DNA of 64,000 bases from an uncultured Ruminococcus sp. (GTDB lineage Bacteria > Bacillota > Clostridia > Oscillospirales > Ruminococcaceae). The stretch covers positions 301 to 64,300 of the forward strand of contig CALXIQ010000036.1 in NCBI GenBank assembly GCA_944388405.1, read 5' to 3'. The position numbers were made by a program, and so were the translations under genes. The notes under the pieces were generated by a model. The model was not told where the DNA came from. It saw nothing but the letters and a program-made list of their open reading frames with translations, and searched no databases. Numbering within the stretch: position 1 is the stretch's first letter; each line of letters begins with the position of its first letter. Of this stretch, positions 40,951-51,197 are shown in pieces.

Positions 40951-41433
40951 ATGCTTAGAATAGGACACGGTTACGACGTCCACAGGCTGGAGCAGGGCAG
41001 AAGGCTTATTCTGGGGGGAGTGGATATTCCCTACGAAAAAGGTCTGCTTGGTCATTCCGATGCTGATGTGGTAGTTCATGCTATAATGGATTCTCTGCTG
41101 GGAGCGGCGGCTCTGGGGGATATAGGCAAGCTTTTCCCTGACAGCGACCCCGAGTATAAAGGAGCTGACAGCTTAAAACTGCTGGGTCGGGTATGTGAAA
41201 AAATCAGGGCGGAGGGATATGGCATATCAAATATAGATTCCACTATAGTTGCTCAAGCCCCTAAGCTTGCGCCATATATAGAAAAGATGCGAGGAAATAT
41301 TGCTGCTACCTGCGGTGTGGACATCTCGCAGGTGTCGGTCAAGGCTACCACCGAGGAGCGTCTGGGATTTACGGGAGAGGGTCTTGGTATTTCTGCGACG
41401 GCGGTTTGCCTGCTGGAGAAAAAGGATGGATAA
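40951..41433 (+). CDS. ispF: 2-C-methyl-D-erythritol 2,4-cyclodiphosphate synthase
   Basis: [33 protein letters not shown]. Confidence 0.95.
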   Translation: MLRIGHGYDVHRLEQGRRLILGGVDIPYEKGLLGHSDADVVVHAIMDSLLGAAALGDIGKLFPDSDPEYKGADSLKLLGRVCEKIRAEGYGISNIDSTIVAQAPKLAPYIEKMRGNIAATCGVDISQVSVKATTEERLGFTGEGLGISATAVCLLEKKDG

Positions 41434-41454
41434 TAAAAAAATAAAATCAATGAA

Positions 41455-41495
41455 AAAAGGGCTGCACGCTGTTGAATTTCAGCGGGCAGCCCTTT
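41455..41495. terminator. Bidirectional terminator
   Basis: AAAAGGGCTGC...GCAGCCCTTT. Confidence 0.75.
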
Positions 41496-41525
41496 GATTG
41501 GGAATATAAAAAATTAAGTTGCAGT

Positions 41526-42077
41526 CTATTTGTTTTTGTACATAACCTTTGTTTTCAAATCAACCTGGTCGTAGCCCCATTTGAAGGACAGCCAGGTTGA
41601 AAAGGGATAAAACAGTGGCAAAACCACAAATAAAATAAAAGCTCTTGAGTCCATCTGATTTATGTCGGCGGTATGTGCCACAAGGTCGATAACGGGAAAG
41701 AAGCAGGCGTTAAGCAGCTTGAAGGCAGGCAGGAAATTGCCGATTATTCCACCCTTTGAAAGCGCCAGCACAACTATTGTTATATAGCTTGGAATCATTG
41801 CAAACAGACCGATTATAAGCCCAAAGTTACGGCAGGGCTTTGCCCCTCTGAGAGTTACCTTGCTGTGAGCCTTTTCACCCTGTTTAAGTCCATAATCCGC
41901 CATAATGCACACAAGGGTGAGTATTCCCACCAGCCCGAAAATAACGTTGCCAAGCAGCCCTAACGCTACCGACACCGCCCAGAAGAACAGAAAAACCACC
42001 AAGCCGAAAAGCTCGCACTGCAAAACCTTTACAAAGCCGAATAAAACAAGTCTTACTTTATTTATTTCATTATCCAT
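41526..42077 (-). CDS. Hypothetical integral membrane protein (about 4 TM)
   Basis: Hydrophobic segments, RBS-like AGCAAAGCGAA, basic C-terminus; no family recognised. Confidence 0.65.
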   Translation of the reverse strand: MDNEINKVRLVLFGFVKVLQCELFGLVVFLFFWAVSVALGLLGNVIFGLVGILTLVCIMADYGLKQGEKAHSKVTLRGAKPCRNFGLIIGLFAMIPSYITIVVLALSKGGIIGNFLPAFKLLNACFFPVIDLVAHTADINQMDSRAFILFVVLPLFYPFSTWLSFKWGYDQVDLKTKVMYKNK

Positions 42078-42299
42078 TTCGCTTTGCTTCCACTGGAAGC
42101 CGCTCCTTTCATGATGTTTTCAATATTATAGCATATAAATGTACTCATTTCAACCGTATAAAATTAATTTTTTATTGCAATGGCAATTTGTCTGTGATAT
42201 AATAACCTTGAAAGGAAGAGTTGACCCACTTGAAGAAATTGCTTGGCGGCTCTTTTTATGATATAATGAAATCAGATTTTTACTGAAATGAGGTTTGTT

Positions 42300-43028
42300 A
42301 TGAAAACGGCTTTTGTAACGGGAGGTTCAGGAGATATAGGCTCACAAATATGCCGTATGCTTGCAGCAAAAGGATATGCCGTGGCTGTAGGATATTGCAG
42401 CTCAAAGGAAAAAGCAGAGGCTCTCTGCAACGATTTGAGAGAGCAAGGTGCGGTTACCGCAGCGGTTGCGTTTAATGCGGAGGATCTATTTTCTGTACAA
42501 AAAAGTGTACAGAAAGTCTCCGGTATGCTGGCCCCACCGGAGGTGCTGATAAACTGCGCAGGGGAGGCAAGAATAAGCCTGCTTACCGACCTGAGCGATG
42601 ATGAGCTTATAAAGCTTGTGAATGTAAATCTTACGGCGGCAATGCTGGCGGCAAAAGCGGCGCTACCGGAAATGGTAAGACGGAAAAGAGGAAAGATAAT
42701 AAGCATTTCATCGGTGTGGGGAGAGGTTGGAGCTTCCTGCGAGGTTGTATATTCCGCTGCAAAGGCAGGGCTTATCGGGTTTACAAAAGCCCTTGCCAAG
42801 GAGGTAGCTTCCAGCGGCATAAACGTAAACTGCATAAGCGCAGGAATGATTGACACAAAAATGAACGCCGCTCTATCTCAAAGCGACATTGACGAAATTG
42901 TTATGCAGATTCCTGCCGGACGAATGGGCACGCCGGAGGACATTGCAAATGCAGTGGAGTTTCTTATATCTGAAAAGTCAAGCTATATAAACGGTCAGGT
43001 TGTCCGCTGCGACGGAGCATGGCTTTAA
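42300..43028 (+). CDS. SDR oxidoreductase, FabG/YmfI-like
   Basis: TGGSGDIG, INCAG, SSVWG..GASCEVVYSAAK (YxxxK), YINGQV..DGA. Confidence 0.85.
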   Translation: MKTAFVTGGSGDIGSQICRMLAAKGYAVAVGYCSSKEKAEALCNDLREQGAVTAAVAFNAEDLFSVQKSVQKVSGMLAPPEVLINCAGEARISLLTDLSDDELIKLVNVNLTAAMLAAKAALPEMVRRKRGKIISISSVWGEVGASCEVVYSAAKAGLIGFTKALAKEVASSGINVNCISAGMIDTKMNAALSQSDIDEIVMQIPAGRMGTPEDIANAVEFLISEKSSYINGQVVRCDGAWL

Positions 43029-43179
43029 GCTGCTTATGCATTAACCACAAAAGGGTACGGGAAAACTTTGATAATATTGTTATAAACAGCATTGACTGTT
43101 TGTTGTAAATGTGTTAAAATTAATATATGATATTATTTCGTACGTTAATTAATGAAAACAGTAATTAAGGAGAAAAATT

Positions 43180-44094
43180 ATGAAGAAAATTTCAGCAATA
43201 CTAATTTCGTTGATAATGACCTGTGGGGTTTTTGCTTCCTGCGGAAATGATGATTCCGACAGCGAGGAAAATAACACCTCATCGGAGGCGTCAGATTCTG
43301 CCGCACGGGAGGTACGCCTTGCAGAGGTTTATACCGCAAATATAAATCGCGGCGAATTTACAATTGACATGACCATTAACGCCCCCATGGTAGGAGAAAT
43401 GCCTTGTGTAGTTTGGGCAAAAGACGGAAATTATTATAGTCAAGCGAATTCAATGGGATTAAATGCAGAGGTCTATATTGTAGACGGAACAGGCTATATG
43501 ATAATACCCGATGCGGGGATTTATTATGATATGGTTGAAATGGGTATTATGGATCTTGAAGATATGGGAGTTAATACCTTAGCTTTAGACGATTCCTGTG
43601 AATATGTTGAAACCAGGGAAGAGGACGGAATGACTGTTGAGGTTTATAACGCTACCTATACCGACGATTACGAACTTGAAATTGACGATTCGGCAGATAC
43701 CCCACAGGACAGCCAGACGGAGGATTCAGAAGAGGATTATACCTTTGTGATGACAATTGCCTATTACTTTGATGACAATGACCGGCTTGTAAAGGCTGTC
43801 ACCAGTGACGAGCTAACAGGGGAAACGACCGTAACAATCAACTCGCTGGAATGGACTTGCGAGGATATTGTGCTGCCTGATCTTGCGGGACTTACGGAAA
43901 TGACCGAGGACACCCAGCTTACCGAGGAGCAGCAGCTGAGGCTTAATCTTGCGGCGCTTGGAGTAACGGAAGAAATGCTTACCGAAGCAGGTTATACATA
44001 TGAGGATATTCTTGCCCTCAGCGATGAGGAAGCTATGACGGTGCTTGCAGACCTTGGCGTAGACATTTCCGCACTGACGGGCGGGCTTGAGTAA
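43180..44094 (+). CDS. Acidic lipoprotein of unknown function
   Basis: Signal peptide with lipobox FASC; RBS AAGGAG; beta-rich core, helical C-terminus. Confidence 0.75.
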   Translation: MKKISAILISLIMTCGVFASCGNDDSDSEENNTSSEASDSAAREVRLAEVYTANINRGEFTIDMTINAPMVGEMPCVVWAKDGNYYSQANSMGLNAEVYIVDGTGYMIIPDAGIYYDMVEMGIMDLEDMGVNTLALDDSCEYVETREEDGMTVEVYNATYTDDYELEIDDSADTPQDSQTEDSEEDYTFVMTIAYYFDDNDRLVKAVTSDELTGETTVTINSLEWTCEDIVLPDLAGLTEMTEDTQLTEEQQLRLNLAALGVTEEMLTEAGYTYEDILALSDEEAMTVLADLGVDISALTGGLE

Positions 44095-44124
44095 AATTAT
44101 ATGACAAAAGCAGATGAAAAGGCT

Positions 44125-44153
44125 GAGCCGTACAAAGCTGTACGGCTCTTTTT
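44125..44153 (+). terminator. Intrinsic terminator
   Basis: GAGCCGTACA/TGTACGGCTC + TTTTT. Confidence 0.8.
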
Positions 44154-44303
44154 CGTTAATATATCCAAAAATAAATAGCGAAAACTGTTTTGTTTTCCTA
44201 AAAAACTTTCGGCAAATTGACTTTGGGTAAAAATCTGCTATAATATTTGTATAAGATTCTTATGAGAATGAAAACGTTCTCATCTGGGAGGATGACAGAA
44301 ATA

Positions 44304-45644
44304 ATGATAATTAAAAAAATCAAAAAAATTGCCTGCTCTGTACTTTGTGCAGGCTTAGCTCTCTCCACAGCAGTTGGAACATACCCCGTTTTCGCCGACT
44401 CCGAAGTAAAGACGTTATCGGATATGACTACTATGGAATTGGTTAAGGATATGGGCGTAGGCATCAATCTTGGAAACACTTTTGAATCCTGCGGCGACTG
44501 GATTAACGGCACAACCGTTTCCGATTATGAAACGGCTTGGGGAAGTCCGATTATAACTCAGGAAATGATTAACGGTTATGCAGAGGCAGGATTCGGCGTG
44601 CTGAGAGTGCCGGTGGCGTGGTCAAACCTTATGGGGGATGATTACACTATAGATTCCGTCTACATAGACAGGGTCAAGGAAGTTATAGACTGGGCTTGCG
44701 ATGCCGATATGTACGTTATAATGAACATTCACTGGGACGGCGGCTGGTGGGAAAACTTCCCCACGGACACAGAGGAATGTATGTACAAGTATGAGCGCAT
44801 CTGGACTCAGCTCAGTGAAGCCTTTAAGGACTATGATGAACAGCTTATGTTTGAATCTCTCAACGAAGAGGGCGGCTGGGACAGCGTATGGAACAGATAC
44901 AGCGGTTCAGATTCCGGCAAGGCTGAGGCTTACGGGCTGCTTAACGAGATAAATCAGACTTTTGTGGATATAGTGAGAGCAAGCGGTGGAAACAACGCCT
45001 CCCGACATCTTCTTATAGCAGGCTATGCCACGGATGTAGAGCTTACCTGCGACGAGATGTATGAAATGCCGGACGACCCTGCAAACCGCTGTGCAGTATC
45101 AATTCACTACTATACCCCCTCTACTTTCTGCATCCTTGAAGCAGACGCAGACTGGGGACAGGCTAAGACCGAATGGGGCGACGAGGACGACCTGGCAGAG
45201 CTGGAAGACCATCTTAACAACCTGAAAGAAACCTTTATAGACAACGGCGTCCCGGTTATAATGGGAGAATACGGTGTAGCTGCCGGAAACAAAACCACCG
45301 AACAGGTAAACAACTTCCTTATTACAGTTACATCTGAAGCATACGCAAAAGGTATCTGCCCCATTCTATGGGATGCTACCGGTGAATACAACGTCTACGA
45401 CAGATACACATGTCAGATGAGCGACAGCGAACTTGCCGCTGCTTATAAAGAAATCGCACCGGACGCTGCTGCCGTATTAAAGACAGTTAACAGAGACGAA
45501 AGCGGTTCAGAAAGTTCAAATGAATCCTCAGCTTCAACTTCCTCTACAGATAACGATCTGAGCCCATTGGCAATCGGCGGAATAGTTGCAGGTGTAGTTG
45601 TTGTAATGGGCGGAGCATTTCTGATTATTAAAAAGACAACCTGA
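44304..45644 (+). CDS. GH5 endoglucanase-like enzyme (GH5_4-like) with C-terminal membrane anchor
   Basis: MGVGINLGNTFE, RVPVAW, MNIHWD, FESLNEE (acid/base), IHYY, IMGEYG (nucleophile), WD; signal peptide; Ser-rich linker + TM + KK. Exact start uncertain (44292 or 44304). Confidence 0.88.
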   Translation: MIIKKIKKIACSVLCAGLALSTAVGTYPVFADSEVKTLSDMTTMELVKDMGVGINLGNTFESCGDWINGTTVSDYETAWGSPIITQEMINGYAEAGFGVLRVPVAWSNLMGDDYTIDSVYIDRVKEVIDWACDADMYVIMNIHWDGGWWENFPTDTEECMYKYERIWTQLSEAFKDYDEQLMFESLNEEGGWDSVWNRYSGSDSGKAEAYGLLNEINQTFVDIVRASGGNNASRHLLIAGYATDVELTCDEMYEMPDDPANRCAVSIHYYTPSTFCILEADADWGQAKTEWGDEDDLAELEDHLNNLKETFIDNGVPVIMGEYGVAAGNKTTEQVNNFLITVTSEAYAKGICPILWDATGEYNVYDRYTCQMSDSELAAAYKEIAPDAAAVLKTVNRDESGSESSNESSASTSSTDNDLSPLAIGGIVAGVVVVMGGAFLIIKKTT

Positions 45645-45698
45645 GCCGAATATTAAAATTAATGCAGTACTCTTTCTGAAAAAAGGGTGACAGGCTGG

Positions 45699-45725
45699 AG
45701 CAGACGCATTTGCGTCTGCTTTTTT
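45699..45725 (+). terminator. Intrinsic terminator
   Basis: AGCAGACGCA/TGCGTCTGCT + TTTTT. Confidence 0.85.
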
Positions 45726-45787
45726 GCGTGAAAGAGGTCATAATTATCATTTTGCTGCGGTGAATTTAAAAATTTCGCTTTTTCCCC

Positions 45788-45844
45788 TTGATTTTTTACG
45801 TAGTATATTATATAATATTATTTAGGTTGTTAAAATAATAACAA
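45788..45844 (+). promoter_or_regulatory. pgk promoter with downstream Rex-like operator
   Basis: TTGATT-17-TATAAT (45788-45816); TTGTTAA-AATA-ATAACAA at 45827-45844, one mismatch from TTGTTAA-N4-TTAACAA. Confidence 0.7.
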
Positions 45845-45909
45845 CGGTAAAATTTATGTCAAATGTCGGGTCATACCCGGGAAATTATAATGAGAGGATG
45901 TCAGGTAAT

Positions 45910-47127
45910 ATGGCAGGTTTAAACAAGGTTACGGTTGACGACATTAATGTTAAGGGCAAGAAGGTTCTTGTCAGAGTTGATTTCAACGTTCCTCTTAAGG
46001 ACGGCGTTATCACCAACGACAACAGAATCACTGCCGCTCTTCCTACTATTAAAAAGCTGGTTTCCGACGGCGGAAAGGTAGTGCTTTGCTCACATCTGGG
46101 CAAGCCCAAGAACGGTCCAGAGGATAAGTTCTCGCTGGCTCCAGCTGCGAAAAGACTGGCAGAGCTTATGCCTGAAACAAAGGTTACTTTCGCTAAGGAC
46201 GATACAGTTGTAGGCGATAATGCAAAGAAAGCTGTTGCCGAAATGAACGAAGGCGAAATAGTTGTGCTTGAAAACACCAGATTCCGCGGCGCTGAGGAAA
46301 CAAAGAACGGCGAGGGCTTCGCTAAGGAGCTTGCAGATCTCGTTGACGACCAGGTATTTGTTATGGACGCTTTCGGTTCGGCTCACAGAGCTCACGCTTC
46401 CACAGCAGGCGTTACAAAGTTTGTTAAGGAAACTGCGGTTGGATATCTTATGCAGAAGGAAATCAACTTCCTTGGAAACGCAGTAGAGGATCCCGTTAGA
46501 CCTTTCGTTGCAATTCTGGGCGGCGCAAAGGTTGCCGATAAGCTTAACGTTATCAATAACCTTATCGAAAAGTGCGATACTCTTATTATTGGCGGCGGTA
46601 TGGCTTATACCTTCCTGAAGGCTCAGGGTAAGGAAGTTGGTACTTCGCTGGTTGACGACACTAAGATTGATTACTGCAAGGAAATGATTGAAAAGGCTGC
46701 AAAGGCAGGCAAGAAGCTGCTTCTGCCGGTTGACACCACCGTTGCGGACGCTTTCCCCGATCCTATCGACGCTGAGATTTCAGTTGAAGTTGTAGAGGAA
46801 ATTCCCGCTGACAAGATGGGTCTTGATATAGGCACAAAGACAGCCGAGATGTATGCCGAGGCTGTAAAGAGCGCAAAGACTGTAGTATGGAACGGTCCTA
46901 TGGGTGTGTTTGAAAACCCTGTGCTTGCTAAGGGCACAATTGCCGTTGCAAAGAGCCTTGCTGAAACAGACGCTACCACAATCATCGGCGGAGGAGATTC
47001 CGCAGCTGCAGTTATTCAGCTTGGCTTTGCCGATAAGATGAGCCACATTTCCACCGGCGGCGGAGCTTCTCTTGAGTATCTTGAGGGTAAGGTTCTTCCC
47101 GGCATCGACGTTATTGCAGATAAATAA
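45910..47127 (+). CDS. pgk: Phosphoglycerate kinase
   Basis: [54 protein letters not shown]. Confidence 0.97.
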   Translation: MAGLNKVTVDDINVKGKKVLVRVDFNVPLKDGVITNDNRITAALPTIKKLVSDGGKVVLCSHLGKPKNGPEDKFSLAPAAKRLAELMPETKVTFAKDDTVVGDNAKKAVAEMNEGEIVVLENTRFRGAEETKNGEGFAKELADLVDDQVFVMDAFGSAHRAHASTAGVTKFVKETAVGYLMQKEINFLGNAVEDPVRPFVAILGGAKVADKLNVINNLIEKCDTLIIGGGMAYTFLKAQGKEVGTSLVDDTKIDYCKEMIEKAAKAGKKLLLPVDTTVADAFPDPIDAEISVEVVEEIPADKMGLDIGTKTAEMYAEAVKSAKTVVWNGPMGVFENPVLAKGTIAVAKSLAETDATTIIGGGDSAAAVIQLGFADKMSHISTGGGASLEYLEGKVLPGIDVIADK

Positions 47128-47221
47128 TATCAAGAGCCGATTGGCGTCCGTGGGCAGTGGTCTGCGGATATTAAATCGGCTTTCAGGACTGACTCAGCCC
47201 TGAGTTGATCGCAAATAAATT

Positions 47222-47250
47222 CGGGGCGGTGTTTTGTCGCCCCGTTTTTT
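47222..47250 (+). terminator. Intrinsic terminator between pgk and tpiA
   Basis: CGGGGCGG/TCGCCCCG + TTTTTT. Confidence 0.75.
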
Positions 47251-47355
47251 AAAGTGTGAAAATGTTTCACCTTGCTTTGTCCGTGAAAGGGTTTTGAAAA
47301 ACAAGGCGTTTTCTGGACAGATGATTTTATAACTTAACAAAAAGGAGTTTTTATC

Positions 47356-48132
47356 ATGAAAAAAGACGTTAGAAAGGCTATCATTGCCGGTAACTGGAAG
47401 ATGAACAAAACCAGACCCGAGGCCAAGGAGCTGCTTGAAGCTATCAAGCCGCTGGTTGCCAATGCAGAGGGAAAGGTTGAGGTTATTGCCTGCGTTCCTT
47501 TTACGAACCTTGAAACTGCCGTTAATACTACCGCAGGCTCAAACGTAAAGGTTGGCGCAGAGAACGTTCACTTTGAAAAGAGCGGTGCATTCACAGGTGA
47601 GATTTCGGCGGATATGCTGGTTGAGCTTGGCGTTGAGTACGTTGTTATCGGACACAGCGAAAGAAGACAGTATTTCGGCGAAACCGACGAAACTGTAAAC
47701 AAGAGAACAAAGGCTGCCCTGGCCGCAGGTCTTAAGCCTATCGTTTGCGTAGGCGAGCTGCTTTGGGAGCGTGAGTGCAACATCACCGAGGAGGTTATCG
47801 CTCGTCAGATTAAGCTTGATTTGTTCGACGTTTCCGCTGAGGACGTTAAAAAGACAGTTATCGCTTACGAGCCTGTATGGGCTATCGGCACAGGAAAGAC
47901 CGCTACCGCTGACCAGGCTGAGGAGGTTTGCGCATTTATCCGCAGCACGCTTGCTAAGCTTTACGACGAGGAAACCGCACAGGCTGTTACAATCCAGTAC
48001 GGCGGTTCGATGAACGCAAAGAACTGCGCAGAGCTGCTTGCCAAGGAGAACGTTGACGGCGGACTTATCGGCGGAGCTTCCCTTAAGGCTGAGGACTTTA
48101 ACACAATAGTTCAGGCAGCTGTAGAGGGCTAA
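47356..48132 (+). CDS. tpiA: Triosephosphate isomerase
   Basis: AGNWKMN, GAFTGE, IGHSERR, AYEPVWAIGTG, YGGS, LIGGASL. Confidence 0.97.
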   Translation: MKKDVRKAIIAGNWKMNKTRPEAKELLEAIKPLVANAEGKVEVIACVPFTNLETAVNTTAGSNVKVGAENVHFEKSGAFTGEISADMLVELGVEYVVIGHSERRQYFGETDETVNKRTKAALAAGLKPIVCVGELLWERECNITEEVIARQIKLDLFDVSAEDVKKTVIAYEPVWAIGTGKTATADQAEEVCAFIRSTLAKLYDEETAQAVTIQYGGSMNAKNCAELLAKENVDGGLIGGASLKAEDFNTIVQAAVEG

Positions 48133-48168
48133 TGTCAAGCGTATTTTTTTGAAAGGATTGATAAACTT

Positions 48169-49755
48169 ATGTCAACTAAAAAACCTGTAGTGCTTGTTGT
48201 TATGGACGGCGTAGGATTTTCCAAAACAGGACTTGGGGACGCTGTTTCACAGGCTAACACACCTACTTTGGATATGCTTTTAAAGGATTATCCTCATACC
48301 TCTCTTAAAGCTCACGGCGATGCTGTTGGCTTGCCTTCAGACGATGATATGGGTAACTCTGAGGTTGGTCACAATGCTTTGGGCTGCGGACAGATTTATT
48401 CTCAGGGAGCAAAGCTGGTAAACGAATCAATTGAAAGCGGAAAGATGTTCAGCTCGGATACATGGAAGTCACTGGTGTCCAATGTTATTGAAAATAAATC
48501 GACAATGCATTTTATCGGCCTGCTCTCAGACGGTAATGTGCACTCCAACATTTCGCATCTGAAAATGATGATTAAAAGAGCCAAGGAAGAGGGCGTTTCA
48601 AAGGTAAGATGTCACATTTTGCTGGACGGCAGAGATGTTCCCGCAACCTCAGGTATGACTTATATCGAGGATCTGGAGAACTGCCTGGCTTCTCTTAACG
48701 ACGAAAGCTTTGACGGAAAGATAGCTTCCGGCGGCGGAAGAATGAAGATAACAATGGACAGATATCAGGCTGACTGGAATATGGTCAAGCTGGGCTGGGA
48801 TACCCACGTTAAGGGCGAGGGCAGAATGTTCCCCACAGCGGCTGAGGCGTATACCACCCTCCGTGAGGAAACCGGAGCTATCGACCAGGATCTTCCTCCG
48901 TTTGTTATCGGTGAAAACGGCGTTCCGGTAGGAAAGATATGCGATAACGACAGCGTAATTCTGTTTAACTTCCGCGGCGACAGAGCTATTGAGCTTTCAA
49001 TGGCGTTTGACGAGCCTGATTTCGATAAATTCGATAAGGGCGGTTACAACCCCAAGGTTATGTATGCCGGAATGTTGCAGTATGACGGCGACCTTAACCT
49101 GCCCAAGAATTATCTTGTAAATCCTCCTGAGATAACCAACACTCTTTCGGAAGTGCTGGTTAAGAACGGACTGAGCAGTTATGCGGTTTCCGAAACTCAG
49201 AAATACGGTCATGTAACCTATTTCTGGAATGGAAACAAGTCGGAGAAATTTTCCGAGGAGCTTGAAACCTGGAAGGAGATACCCTCAGACAAGGTTTCCT
49301 TCGACCAGCGTCCCTGGATGAAGTCGGCTGAGGTTACCGACGATATGATAGCTGCTATCAAGTCGCAGAAATACGACTTTATCAGATGCAACTATCCTAA
49401 CGGCGATATGGTAGGACATACGGGAAATATGGACGCCACGATCATCGGCGTTGAGTCGGTAGATTTAGGCCTTGCAAGGCTTATCAAGGTGTGTGAGGAG
49501 TACAATTGCACCCTTCTGGTGACAGCCGACCACGGCAACGCCGATGAGATGCTTGAAAAGAACAAAAAGGGCGAAATTGCTGTCAGAACCGCTCATTCGC
49601 TCAACAGAGTTCCCTTTATTATCTGGAACAAGGAAACACGTCATGATATTATTGACGCCGACAGCACGAAATATGGTCTTGCCAATGTAGCTCCTACAGT
49701 TGCAAAGCTGCTGGGAATCGAGGCTCCAGAGTGCTGGGAAGCTTCTATGATTTAA
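48169..49755 (+). CDS. gpmI: 2,3-bisphosphoglycerate-independent phosphoglycerate mutase
   Basis: VMDGVG, MGNSEVGH, LDGRD, NFRGDRA, ETQKYGHVTYF, NGDMVGH, TADHGN. Confidence 0.96.
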   Translation: MSTKKPVVLVVMDGVGFSKTGLGDAVSQANTPTLDMLLKDYPHTSLKAHGDAVGLPSDDDMGNSEVGHNALGCGQIYSQGAKLVNESIESGKMFSSDTWKSLVSNVIENKSTMHFIGLLSDGNVHSNISHLKMMIKRAKEEGVSKVRCHILLDGRDVPATSGMTYIEDLENCLASLNDESFDGKIASGGGRMKITMDRYQADWNMVKLGWDTHVKGEGRMFPTAAEAYTTLREETGAIDQDLPPFVIGENGVPVGKICDNDSVILFNFRGDRAIELSMAFDEPDFDKFDKGGYNPKVMYAGMLQYDGDLNLPKNYLVNPPEITNTLSEVLVKNGLSSYAVSETQKYGHVTYFWNGNKSEKFSEELETWKEIPSDKVSFDQRPWMKSAEVTDDMIAAIKSQKYDFIRCNYPNGDMVGHTGNMDATIIGVESVDLGLARLIKVCEEYNCTLLVTADHGNADEMLEKNKKGEIAVRTAHSLNRVPFIIWNKETRHDIIDADSTKYGLANVAPTVAKLLGIEAPECWEASMI

Positions 49756-49775
49756 GCTTTGAATAATCGAAAAAC

Positions 49776-49818
49776 AAAACTCCGTATGCAGCTTTTGCGT
49801 CTGCATACGGAGTTTTTT
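49776..49818. terminator. Bidirectional terminator
   Basis: AAAACTCCGTATGCAG/CTGCATACGGAGTTTTTT. Confidence 0.88.
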
Positions 49819-50878
49819 ATTTTATCGGGTCAATACCTTTTGAGATAATACAGTACTGGGGGTCGTACTGCGATATAATGGTCGGAAGTCGTCTGAGCCT
49901 GAAAACCTTCGGCACAGATTTGGGGTACCTCGGTAGGAAAAGCTTGACTTTAAGTCCGCCCGTAGGTGAATTTTCAAGCTCCACCGTACCGTCGAAGGCG
50001 TCGGTCATGGCTTTTACAACGGCAAGCCCCAGCGATTCGTGAGGCGAAAATTTTTTAAATCCATTATTGAAATCAAGGTGTTTTTCAATTTCGCCAACAT
50101 CGGCGGAGGTTCCGTTGTCGGATACCGAAACGCAGACTCTATCACCATCGGCGGTAAGTTCAAGGGTTATTTCCTTGTTTGCCGAGTCGTTATACATATA
50201 TGCGTTAATTATAAGATTCAAAACAGCGGCTTCAAACCGTGAATAATTAATATCAATGTATATCTGTTCTGCAATTGTTACCCTGAAAGCGCAGCTGTTG
50301 ATTTCCAGCATGGGGCGAACCCACTCTGCGGTTTCTTCAAGCCGCTGTGACAAGGAAAGATACTCGGTAGACATGCCGCCTGAATAATATTTTGATATTT
50401 CGTTCATATTAACTGTGGAGGCGATGGTGCGAAGCACATGATACCTGGTTTGGCTGTCAATGGCGGAAATGTTGCAATCATCAGGGAAATTCTCCTTATC
50501 CTTTTCCATTATATTCAGAATTTCGGCAAGCTCAAGTCTTATATTTCCCAGGAAATTATTCTTATAGTTTAAAAGCTGAGAGCGGCAGAAAAGTCTGTGA
50601 ATTTCGTCAGGTTTAAAAAATTCTATTTTGTAAAGCTTAACAACACCTTCCTCATACAGCGGAGTTATTCTGGAAGAGCTTCCCGAGCAGTGAAAGCAAA
50701 TTATTTCTTTTTCAATCGGAAGCTCAGGCTTTTTATCCCCTATCGTAAAATCGGAAAGCAGTAAGTTGTCGGGAATCTGTTCGTGGTTTTTCCACAACAT
50801 TCTGAATTCGTTATCAACTGCGGCGATATAGCAGTCGGAATCGGAATACAGCTGCTTTAAACATTCAAGAAAACTCAT
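49817..50878 (-). CDS. HATPase_c-domain (histidine-kinase-like) protein lacking the H-box His
   Basis: N box LNLIINAY, G1 VSDNGT, G2 remnant SLGLAVVK, GGLKVKLFLP; H-box region reads FLGNIRLELAEIL. Confidence 0.7.
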   Translation of the reverse strand: MSFLECLKQLYSDSDCYIAAVDNEFRMLWKNHEQIPDNLLLSDFTIGDKKPELPIEKEIICFHCSGSSSRITPLYEEGVVKLYKIEFFKPDEIHRLFCRSQLLNYKNNFLGNIRLELAEILNIMEKDKENFPDDCNISAIDSQTRYHVLRTIASTVNMNEISKYYSGGMSTEYLSLSQRLEETAEWVRPMLEINSCAFRVTIAEQIYIDINYSRFEAAVLNLIINAYMYNDSANKEITLELTADGDRVCVSVSDNGTSADVGEIEKHLDFNNGFKKFSPHESLGLAVVKAMTDAFDGTVELENSPTGGLKVKLFLPRYPKSVPKVFRLRRLPTIISQYDPQYCIISKGIDPIK

Positions 50879-51197
50879 AGAAATCTCTACCCCCTTTTGA
50901 TTTTAATCAAACTCTCGCCTAGCGGGTTTAAATAAAACCTGGTTTCATATATTATACAATATCCAGAAATAATAGTCAAGAATCATAAAGGGGTAATAAT
51001 TACACAAATATAGCTTGCGTGTAAATTTTCAAATGAAAAAGTCGCAATTTCTGTGAGAATAAGATATTTTGTCGAATTATGTTTAAACAAAAGCAATGAA
51101 ATCACGTCCGAAGAGGGCGATAATTTTTCTTTCCTGCTTCAAAAAGGATATAAAAGAAAATGTATGAAAAATTCCGTTATATTTTTTATAAAAGTAC

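Noticed and set aside
51076-51091. TreR-like core TGTTTAAACA upstream of gap
   Set aside because: Only 11 of 16 positions match, the outer ACT/AGT arms are missing, and the region is AT-rich.
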